This document shows, in pieces, positions 10,558 to 18,378 of a DNA stretch of 39,701 nt. The number at the start of each line of letters is the position of its first letter. Within the stretch, counting starts at the first letter, position 1. The position numbers were made by a program, and so were the translations under genes. This stretch comes from a virus. Its lineage: Duplodnaviria > Caudoviricetes. A model generated the notes under the pieces. It saw nothing but the letters and a program-made list of their open reading frames with translations. It was not told the origin of the DNA and did no database searches. The stretch lies in the IMG/VR virus record IMGVR_UViG_3300030231_000303, positions 1 through 39,701 of that record; one strand, 5' to 3'.

Positions 10558-10881
10558 CTATAATTGATCCTTTAAATATTTTATCAGATCATTCTGTCTG
10601 ATATCAGCCTCCACAATAGCTTTCGTCTTTTCGGCAATGTCGTCCAAGATATTAACGTCAAGACCTGCGAATGGTGGAATGATACCAAGTATGCGAAGTA
10701 ATCCATCTACAAATAATGCAAGACAAGTGAACCCAAGGATCATGCTAATGATGGTAGCATCCCTGTTGTGTTTACGCATCGACTCTTCATCTATTGCTCT
10801 TGCTTCAGCAACAGCAGCAGCTATCATCAGATCAACTTCTTCTTTAGTATAACAAAGACTTTTGATCTTTTCTTCTGTCAT
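10558..10881 (-). CDS. Hypothetical membrane protein
   Basis: 107 aa with a hydrophobic segment IISMILGFTCLALFVDGLLRILGII; resembles small conserved cyanophage/picocyanobacterial membrane proteins. Confidence 0.65.
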   Translation of the reverse strand: MTEEKIKSLCYTKEEVDLMIAAAVAEARAIDEESMRKHNRDATIISMILGFTCLALFVDGLLRILGIIPPFAGLDVNILDDIAEKTKAIVEADIRQNDLIKYLKDQL

Positions 10882-10885
10882 GGTA

Positions 10886-11086
10886 TCATACGTATACTAT
10901 ATCTAGTTCCTCGTCTATGCCTTCTGCACTCCTTACAACTTGTAATACTGACATAAACTCATCTGCACTATCACATGTAACACATTGATAATTACCATGA
11001 GATCCATAAATCTCAAATTTTCTAGCAGCAAGAGTTACTCGAATCTCTTCTACAAATTCTTCAAGGTCGAGTTTTTGGTTAGCCAT
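10886..11086 (-). CDS. Hypothetical protein
   Basis: 66 aa acidic ORF, tightly packed with its neighbours and preceded by an extended -10 TGCTATAAT. Confidence 0.6.
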   Translation of the reverse strand: MANQKLDLEEFVEEIRVTLAARKFEIYGSHGNYQCVTCDSADEFMSVLQVVRSAEGIDEELDIVYV

Positions 11087-11107
11087 GGTGTTTTACAAGA
11101 TGTTCCC

Positions 11108-11116
11108 ATTATAGCA
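11108..11116 (-). promoter_or_regulatory. Extended -10 sigma70-type promoter (TGCTATAAT)
   Basis: TGcTATAAT 21 nt upstream of the ATG at 11086. Confidence 0.5.
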
Positions 11117-11123
11117 TATGTAG

Positions 11124-11381
11124 TCAGATATCGCAAGGGATATCATCCACAACAGGAAGTGGTTTACTGTCAGCAGTCACTTCATAGTATGCTTTGATAG
11201 GTCCACCAGCACCATTACGAATAATAATTTTTGCACCATACTCAACACTATTTACAAATAACTCTTGAAATACTCCAATGGGAGTAAGTTGAACGTGAAT
11301 AGTTTCTGGTTCAATATGTCCTCTCCAAGTCTCTGGCAATTCAATAATACCATCAACACTGACTGTGCCACGTACTTCCAT
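11124..11381 (-). CDS. Hypothetical protein, paralogue of the C-terminal domain of 11416..12228
   Basis: IELPETWRGHIEPETIHVQLTPIG aligns with IALPSYWKDLVHEDSITVQLTPIG of the upstream gene. Confidence 0.65.
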   Translation of the reverse strand: MEVRGTVSVDGIIELPETWRGHIEPETIHVQLTPIGVFQELFVNSVEYGAKIIIRNGAGGPIKAYYEVTADSKPLPVVDDIPCDI

Positions 11382-11400
11382 AACTTTACATGTTTTCTAT

Positions 11401-11409
11401 ATTATAGCA
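11401..11409 (-). promoter_or_regulatory. Extended -10 sigma70-type promoter (TGCTATAAT)
   Basis: TGcTATAAT in the intergenic gap 19 nt upstream of the ATG at 11381. Confidence 0.5.
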
Positions 11410-11415
11410 TACTTG

Positions 11416-12228
11416 TCAACTAGTGACAGTTCTTCTTGTTCCTCTATATCTTTCATCCAACAAATTCCTTTCAGGATCTTGTGGATCAAAGTTTCTATGA
11501 TTAGGATCAGGATAATCTTCCCAAGTTTTACCTTCATACTCCACATGTAATGGATTTATATCTTTTCTCTCTCCACATATCATATAAAAACAATCAATAG
11601 AAGTGTCAGATTCTAATACGATCTTTTCATTATCAAACTCTTTTACAATAATATTCTGTTGAGTTCCAATAGGAGTAAGTTGAACTGTTATACTATCTTC
11701 ATGCACTAAATCTTTCCAATAGGAAGGTAATGCAATTTCTGTACCTGTTTTGATTCTACCTCTACAATATACTGCCACCTCTGGTCCTTCAATACATGCG
11801 TAGGCAAGTCTATGCCCTTCACCTTTACTAGGGTGAACCATATCAAAAACTTTACCTAAAGAATCAGCAGTTCCAAATCTAGAAGCAAGTCTACCCTTAT
11901 TCAAGCAATCAACAGCACCTGTGACAAAAACATCACCCTCAATATAAACTGCATTCTCTGCCTCTTCACCAATTATTTCAACATCACCCTCCACTTGGAC
12001 TGCTCTACCACTAACACCAGGATTCCATTCTCCAAGTGCAGTTCCCACATTCAAAGTTCCTTTTGCAAACCCACCTTTATGAGCACCCAAAAATGAAGGT
12101 CCAGTAGCTACAAGAGTACCATCATAAGGTTTATCACCATTCAAGGTTTCTACTGCCTGATCTAATTTTGCTGGTTCTTCTACACCAATGTAGATTTTAC
12201 CAGATTCAATGTCCCTAATACCTGCCAT
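11416..12228 (-). CDS. gp5-cluster protein (spike/hub-associated) with C-terminal fibre-chaperone-like domain
   Basis: 270 aa, third gene of a coupled gp5 cluster. It has V.G.V beta-repeats, then KVFDMVHPSK..HRL.YACIEGPEVAVYCRG, a module seen at the C-termini of phage fibres/spikes. Confidence 0.55.
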   Translation of the reverse strand: MAGIRDIESGKIYIGVEEPAKLDQAVETLNGDKPYDGTLVATGPSFLGAHKGGFAKGTLNVGTALGEWNPGVSGRAVQVEGDVEIIGEEAENAVYIEGDVFVTGAVDCLNKGRLASRFGTADSLGKVFDMVHPSKGEGHRLAYACIEGPEVAVYCRGRIKTGTEIALPSYWKDLVHEDSITVQLTPIGTQQNIIVKEFDNEKIVLESDTSIDCFYMICGERKDINPLHVEYEGKTWEDYPDPNHRNFDPQDPERNLLDERYRGTRRTVTS

Positions 12229-12782
12229 TAGTTTTTCAGTGTTTTAGTTTGAGATTCTAGATAATCACCCAATACAGGTGGTATCAATTGAGATGTTGGT
12301 TCGTGAATACGAATAACATTTCCTTGTATAATGTTCCATCCCTCAGAAAAAGAGATAACCTTGTCTTTTGCATCCAATATAACATTTTCTGATTGAGCAA
12401 TAATGCGATTGTCTGCATCTAAGTTTATATCATGCTTTGCCTTGAGTGTGATATCACCCTCCTTAGCATTCTTTGCAGACATTCTAATATCATTTGCTAC
12501 AACAGAAAATCTACCATCACATTCTATAAGTATATCACCAGCAGATTTAAGAATCAGTGGTGCTCCATCACATTTTTGAACTATCTGAGATCCTTGTGCA
12601 GCAGTAGCATCATCACTTGACCTTAGTTCAAATCCTCCATCATGAAATATACGCATCCCTGCACTAGATGATCCATGCAGTCCAATATCTTTTATTCTTC
12701 TAACGTCATCTCTTCTTTCTCTTCCAATGGCAAGAACACCATCTTCAGGATGTTGAATAATAATTGGTGGTACATTTGCCAT
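12228..12782 (-). CDS. gp5 C-terminal-like beta-helix spike protein
   Basis: 184 aa with repeated I.I.A..DI.L.A patterns characteristic of gp5/VgrG beta-helix; coupled (TAATG) to gp5. Confidence 0.55.
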   Translation of the reverse strand: MANVPPIIIQHPEDGVLAIGRERRDDVRRIKDIGLHGSSSAGMRIFHDGGFELRSSDDATAAQGSQIVQKCDGAPLILKSAGDILIECDGRFSVVANDIRMSAKNAKEGDITLKAKHDINLDADNRIIAQSENVILDAKDKVISFSEGWNIIQGNVIRIHEPTSQLIPPVLGDYLESQTKTLKN

Positions 12783-15091
12783 TAGAAACCTCTAGGACAA
12801 TCAATAACTCTAATAAGTTTAGACTCTGGAACGATAGGATCTTCATAATCCTGAACCTTAGTAAACTTAGTAATAGGTCTTATTATAGCACCAAAACCTG
12901 TGCTTGTGTTTATAGTAAGTTTAGGTATGTCAATGAGACCAACATCAACTTGTGTATTAGGATCTGATCCCAATATTCTACCCTTTTCATCTAATATAGG
13001 AATTATTACACCTCCACTAGGTGTGGTAATTGTATCACCTGGTTTATATCCAATACCAGGAGTTAGTACCTGAATTCCACCAACTTCACCAATAACATCA
13101 ATACCATCATCATCTGAAGTTCCTGTCCCTGTAGTAGTAATAGGAATTACAGTTCCATCTGGTAAAGTTGTTGTACCAGTAGTTACAGTTGTTTCTTCAC
13201 CCGTATCATCATCAAGTATAGTATCAATAACACCTGGTCCTACGTATCCACCACCAGTATTTGTTATGATAATATCCTTTATTTGTCCAAAAGTAGGAGA
13301 ATTTTCATCTAAATCAATATCAGCAGTTGCAGTAGCACCTTTACCATTATCACAATTATCAGTTATAGTAACAAAAGGTGGTGCTGTAAAACCAGAACCA
13401 AGACTACTCATATTGACTCCAACAACTTTACCTATAGAGTTTATAACAGCTTTTCCTACTGCACCAGAACCCCCACCACCAAAGATTGAAAGTTTAGGTG
13501 ATCCGCAATTTTTAGTAAATGGATCACAACCACCAACCAAATTAGACATACCACCAGGTATGCCACCTGATAAACCACTCTTCAATGTAGATACAGTACC
13601 TGCGATTCCTTTTACTTGACTAATTGCTCCAGTAACCTTACCAATACCAGGGAACATACCACCAAGAGCACCCATAGGATTTTTTATAGCATCACCTAAT
13701 CCACCAAGAGAACTCAATCCAGTAGCAAGACCCATCATTCTACCAAAATTCAATTTCTTTTTAGGATCTGCACCCAAATTAGTTTTCCAATCTAAAGGTT
13801 CTGCCTCACACTCATTACCTTCACACTCAAGCAAAGCAAGACCTGCTTGAGCAATGTTGAGTGCTTTACCCATCATACCTGAAAATGGAGGTAAAGAAAT
13901 ACCACCTGCTAAACTTGATATTGAACTTAGTGCAGGTCCAATCATACCTTGAATCTTGTCACTAATACCTGAAATAAGACCTCCAAGAAACTGTTCTGCT
14001 GCACAAAGTGGGAACTGAAGTAGATTGCCTACCAATCCTTTCAAAAAATCACCGACAAAATTTTTCAAACCATTTATAACATTCTCTATCAAACAATAAA
14101 CTTGATCAGTTTGCTTTCTTACTTCTAGATTTTTTATAAGGTGTGATGGATCTAAAAAACTAACTGCCTTACTAACTTGATCATCAACTTCTTTCAACAT
14201 CTCCTTCCTAGCTTGTCTAATAGTTGCTGAAAATCCACCAGCAATTTTATTAGATGCCTTTGATATCAATTTATCCATGTCAACTATTCTGTTGAGCACT
14301 GGATCTATATGTTTATCTTCAAATGGTTCAAGTCCACTTACCTCATCAACAAAAGCTTGGAGAACTTTTGACACTTCTCCCATTGCACCACCAGGTGTAA
14401 CACATTTTTGTGCTACTTCAACAGTGTCTGGTTTATCATTTATAACTTGGTTTATTACCTGTATCTTTTCATGAATCTTTGCATTACCTTTGGTTCTATC
14501 ATGAAACTGTTCTGTTGTTTCCTCTGGTTTTTTGACACCCTCATCACCTGCAACCTTACTCTCTACTATCTTATCATCACTGTCTATTATACCACCACTT
14601 TCAATTGGTATTTTACCATGAGAACCTGTTATATGTTTTCCTACCTCTAAACTCTTATCAGCAGTAAAAGGACCGAACCCAGAACTTTTTCCTGATAATA
14701 CTTTCTCCCAAGTTTTTAGTGGTTCTATGGTAGAGTTTGCATGAAATAAACCAACAACTATGGGTTGTTGTCCTTCTTCACCATCTAAGAAGAAACCAAA
14801 AACAGTTTCACCACCCTGCAATCCAAAACTTGTACCACCTCTATTATGTCCAGAACCGAACTGAGGTGATACAAGAAAATGAGCCCATGGTAAATCTTCG
14901 TCATCAATACCACCCTCTGCTGCTGATTCTGGTGGATGATGACCAAGTATTCTTACCTTTGCCCTATACCCTAATTCTACGTTTTGATTATTTTTATCAC
15001 GCCATGCGTAATCTGCGGTTACCTGTCCAATGAACCAGTAGAAACCGTCTTTACCTGCAAAATTTATACCAACTTTACTAGATTCGAGCAT
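12782..15091 (-). CDS. gp5: Baseplate hub/central spike protein, gp5-like (N-terminal OB-fold)
   Basis: FYWFIGQV...RAKVRILGHH...DLPWA...GETVFGFFLDGEEGQQPIVVG matches the T4 gp5 N-terminal OB domain. Confidence 0.8.
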   Translation of the reverse strand: MLESSKVGINFAGKDGFYWFIGQVTADYAWRDKNNQNVELGYRAKVRILGHHPPESAAEGGIDDEDLPWAHFLVSPQFGSGHNRGGTSFGLQGGETVFGFFLDGEEGQQPIVVGLFHANSTIEPLKTWEKVLSGKSSGFGPFTADKSLEVGKHITGSHGKIPIESGGIIDSDDKIVESKVAGDEGVKKPEETTEQFHDRTKGNAKIHEKIQVINQVINDKPDTVEVAQKCVTPGGAMGEVSKVLQAFVDEVSGLEPFEDKHIDPVLNRIVDMDKLISKASNKIAGGFSATIRQARKEMLKEVDDQVSKAVSFLDPSHLIKNLEVRKQTDQVYCLIENVINGLKNFVGDFLKGLVGNLLQFPLCAAEQFLGGLISGISDKIQGMIGPALSSISSLAGGISLPPFSGMMGKALNIAQAGLALLECEGNECEAEPLDWKTNLGADPKKKLNFGRMMGLATGLSSLGGLGDAIKNPMGALGGMFPGIGKVTGAISQVKGIAGTVSTLKSGLSGGIPGGMSNLVGGCDPFTKNCGSPKLSIFGGGGSGAVGKAVINSIGKVVGVNMSSLGSGFTAPPFVTITDNCDNGKGATATADIDLDENSPTFGQIKDIIITNTGGGYVGPGVIDTILDDDTGEETTVTTGTTTLPDGTVIPITTTGTGTSDDDGIDVIGEVGGIQVLTPGIGYKPGDTITTPSGGVIIPILDEKGRILGSDPNTQVDVGLIDIPKLTINTSTGFGAIIRPITKFTKVQDYEDPIVPESKLIRVIDCPRGF

Positions 15092-15360
15092 TAGTCGTCA
15101 TACACTCTACATTCTAATGAATCTGGATGATTGTCACAATATACCTCTAAATGCTTATCTTCATGGCGTGTGTGCCAGTCATTGATCTTACCTTCATTAG
15201 GCTCCACTTCCGATTCATCATGAGCATGAAATGCATCATTATGCATCTCTAAATCCTTCTCACTATATTCAATCATACCATGATTGACATGTTCTTTATG
15301 ATCCTTAGGATCGATGTAAACCTCGTGATCGAGGTCGTGTTGTGGGACTTTTGTGGTCAT
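15091..15360 (-). CDS. His-rich CP12-like protein (C-terminal CP12 motif)
   Basis: C-terminus LEVYCDNHPDSLECRVYDD matches the CP12 motif (LE.YC..NP...EC.vYD). No N-terminal Cys pair is present. Confidence 0.65.
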   Translation of the reverse strand: MTTKVPQHDLDHEVYIDPKDHKEHVNHGMIEYSEKDLEMHNDAFHAHDESEVEPNEGKINDWHTRHEDKHLEVYCDNHPDSLECRVYDD

Positions 15361-15361
15361 G

Positions 15362-16645
15362 TTATTCGTTAGGTTGGAAAGAATCTCTTACGAGTGTAAG
15401 TCCAGTGTATGATTTGTCACCAAACTCATGTGCCAATCTTGCTATCATATAAAGACCAGAGGCAGGGTTTACACCCTTTCTCGTTGGTTTTTCAATATTT
15501 AGCTTAGGAAACTCACAGAAAATAACTTGACCTGCCCTCAGACTCAAGTTCATAGGAACACTAATATTCAACATTTGAGAAAATAATGCTGAATACCTAG
15601 CACTAGATTGTGCTTGGAAATTAGCTTGGTCTTGAGGAGTTTCTGCATCCTGACCTTCCACAGTGGGTGTCATGGTTGCATTGTCAAGTATTCCAAAAGT
15701 CATTCTTGAATAGTATTCAGAATATTCTGCTGGAATGTTTTCTTCATCGTTTGATAGTTTTAGGTATTTCCTAAGACTTTCTGTCAAACTATATTCAGAA
15801 AAAATTGGTTGTCTCGTCTGTATATTATAGTAATAATTTGCTGCCTTGTATGCCCCTGTTCTCAATTTTTTGAGGAGATCATGACTTTCTACCCATCTAG
15901 GTGGCGAAGCAAAATAAAAGTTATTGTTTGGATCTAACGTGCTTTTTTCTGCTGGTGCTATGTATTTTACATTTTCTGCTCCTGTAGCATCATCAAATAT
16001 TTTATCAATACTATGAAAATTATATCCATCTTGTGTTTCAAAAAATAAGTATCCAGAACTTCCTTTTGATGGTTTATCTCCATCTGAAGTTGTTGGGATT
16101 GATTTTGGACACAACTTACTAATCATAAAAAGAGGTCTTCTATAATTACCAGTAAACTCAGTCTCGTTTTTTGTATCATGCACACTCATTCTTTCTGTTA
16201 TTTCTAACTTATCTTTCAAAATTTTTGATACAATATCTGATATTTTACCTGTATATTTTTCCCAAACTCTTTGTGTATGATTTGTTACTGCATGTTTTGT
16301 TGTAAGAGTAAGTGCAAATATTTCTCTTTTAGTATCTGATGTGTTAGCTGATATATTTGAAATAACCAATGGTTCTGTACTATCATCCCATCTAAATTGT
16401 TCTTCTTGACTAGGATGCTCTACAGCTAGATGCACAGTCATCCCACTTCTAATTGGTAATTCATTTAGAAACCCAAAGGTATCATAACAAAACATTTCAA
16501 CATGAATACTTGAATCAATAACATCCTCAAAATATTTTATTCCAGCAACTTGTCCCATCAGATTGGTAGCTTTACCACCACCTGCAGGTATTATATCAAA
16601 TGTTTTTAAGGTATGACCAGTTGACCATAGGGACTTCTTTGCCAT
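15362..16645 (-). CDS. Baseplate hub protein, gp27-like
   Basis: 427 aa with YFED...SIH, GYLFFETQDGYNFHSID, VPMNLSLRAGQVI...SGLYMI..L.HEF...T.LTLVRDS; located upstream of gp5. Confidence 0.6.
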   Translation of the reverse strand: MAKKSLWSTGHTLKTFDIIPAGGGKATNLMGQVAGIKYFEDVIDSSIHVEMFCYDTFGFLNELPIRSGMTVHLAVEHPSQEEQFRWDDSTEPLVISNISANTSDTKREIFALTLTTKHAVTNHTQRVWEKYTGKISDIVSKILKDKLEITERMSVHDTKNETEFTGNYRRPLFMISKLCPKSIPTTSDGDKPSKGSSGYLFFETQDGYNFHSIDKIFDDATGAENVKYIAPAEKSTLDPNNNFYFASPPRWVESHDLLKKLRTGAYKAANYYYNIQTRQPIFSEYSLTESLRKYLKLSNDEENIPAEYSEYYSRMTFGILDNATMTPTVEGQDAETPQDQANFQAQSSARYSALFSQMLNISVPMNLSLRAGQVIFCEFPKLNIEKPTRKGVNPASGLYMIARLAHEFGDKSYTGLTLVRDSFQPNE

Positions 16646-18378
16646 TATACCGTAAACAATCCCGTCATCTGTGCATATTTAGCGACAACATCGTATGGAC
16701 TCGCTGGTACAATGACAGTACCACCACCAGAACTATCTCCACCACCTGAAGATTTTATAATAGTATCAGGATCACTGGTCATGGCAATCATTGCTGGACC
16801 TAGTTGATCGTTAGGTATAATGTCACCACTCACATCAGGTACAAATAATTCTTTTCCTAACTCACCAACCATGTATGGTGTACCTGCCTCTACTCTACCA
16901 CCTTCTTGCCTAGGTTTAATGTTCTTTAGATCTAGATCTAATTGTTTGAAGTTTTCAAGTAATTTAGATGGTTTTACTGTACCGCTACCAGGACTAAATT
17001 TTTTACCTATATTTAATCTTGTGCCTGGATTTATTATTGAACCTCCAATTGGATCTATTTTACCTTCTTTTCTCAATCCACCTACAATTTGTTCTAATAT
17101 TTTTGGATCTTGTCCAGATGGTGTTCTCCCTACATTTTTTTTGATTTGATCCATAGTAATTTTACTAAGACCATCTGTGTCATCCATAATATCTTTCAAC
17201 CGAGGATCAAGTCTAAAACGATTTCTTCTTATTATATTGCTTCTTGCTGGACCTCTTGTAAGCTGTCTAAGAACACCTTGATTATTAAATCCAGTTGCTC
17301 TCTCAGGAAATAATACAGTCTTTTTTAAACGACCTGTTGTTGCAACTCTAGCAACTGTTTTTGAAATTGGTAATTTAGACAAAAACGATCTTAGTCTTAA
17401 TAAGACTCTACCAAACCTTGCAAGTAATGGTATTTTTGCTAAAAGTCTACCTGCAGCAATAAATCTTGTACCTGGAACAGGTGCAACTGCTAAAGCAGCA
17501 GTAATTGCTAGTTCTTGTAAAATAATTGTTCCAATTGTTCCTAGTACACCTCCAATTACCGAACCTATAGCAAGTCCAGGTGCTTGCCTTCTAATAAAAC
17601 CTTGAAGTCCACCACCCGTTTTACCTTTATTTTCTTTATAATCTTTTATCAGTGGAGTCGTACTACCTTCAAAATTATCAATAACATTATCAAATTTATC
17701 TAAAGATTTTGAAAACTTAGATTTTTCATTGCTTTCCTCAATCTGTTGTATTTCTTGTCTTCTTTTATTATCTGATGCACCAGTAAGTAAATCAGCAATA
17801 CCTCCACCAGCAAATCCACCTAGAATACTACCACCAACACCACCAATAAGAGTTCCAAGAGGTCCACCAATTGCCGTTCCTATTGCAGCACCTTTCGCAC
17901 CACCAGCTAAAGCACCTGCTAATCCTCCACCAGCACCAATAGTTGCTTGTGCTATATTCTGTCCACTACCTACCCTACCTGCAAAATCTAATCCCGTACC
18001 TAATACTGCTAACGGCCCTATTCTACCAAATCTACCAAGTCTACCAACACCACCACCTATCGTACCACCTCCTCTAGGTCGTATAGGTGATTTTGGTCTA
18101 ATACCACCAGGTCCGATAGAACCTGGACCTTTAGGACCACGACCTCTAAGTCTTCTTAGAAGTAATGAACCTCCAAGAAGATTACCTAATAATCCACCAC
18201 CTTGCTTATCTCTCTTAGATAAAGCACTATATGTTTTACCTCTTTCCTCTATTGACTTCTTCAACAATTCTAAGGTCTTCTTCTCATACGTTCTATTGAG
18301 AGAAGATCTTCTACTAATATCTCTTAGTAAAACATTAGAAGTTCTTTTAGATTTAGTGACTATCGGTGTTAGATTCAT
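16645..18378 (-). CDS. Tape-measure-like / gp29-like baseplate hub protein
   Basis: 577 aa with Gly/Ala-rich hydrophobic glycine-zipper segments and a GGRVEAGTPYMVGELGKELFVP...G.IIPN motif typical of tape-measure C-termini; lies in the gp26-gp51-x-x-gp27-gp5 context. Confidence 0.55.
   Translation of the reverse strand: MNLTPIVTKSKRTSNVLLRDISRRSSLNRTYEKKTLELLKKSIEERGKTYSALSKRDKQGGGLLGNLLGGSLLLRRLRGRGPKGPGSIGPGGIRPKSPIRPRGGGTIGGGVGRLGRFGRIGPLAVLGTGLDFAGRVGSGQNIAQATIGAGGGLAGALAGGAKGAAIGTAIGGPLGTLIGGVGGSILGGFAGGGIADLLTGASDNKRRQEIQQIEESNEKSKFSKSLDKFDNVIDNFEGSTTPLIKDYKENKGKTGGGLQGFIRRQAPGLAIGSVIGGVLGTIGTIILQELAITAALAVAPVPGTRFIAAGRLLAKIPLLARFGRVLLRLRSFLSKLPISKTVARVATTGRLKKTVLFPERATGFNNQGVLRQLTRGPARSNIIRRNRFRLDPRLKDIMDDTDGLSKITMDQIKKNVGRTPSGQDPKILEQIVGGLRKEGKIDPIGGSIINPGTRLNIGKKFSPGSGTVKPSKLLENFKQLDLDLKNIKPRQEGGRVEAGTPYMVGELGKELFVPDVSGDIIPNDQLGPAMIAMTSDPDTIIKSSGGGDSSGGGTVIVPASPYDVVAKYAQMTGLFTV

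Noticed and set aside
11401-11419. TTGACA...TATAAT as a canonical sigma70 promoter
   Set aside because: The spacer is only 7 nt; kept only as an extended -10 element.
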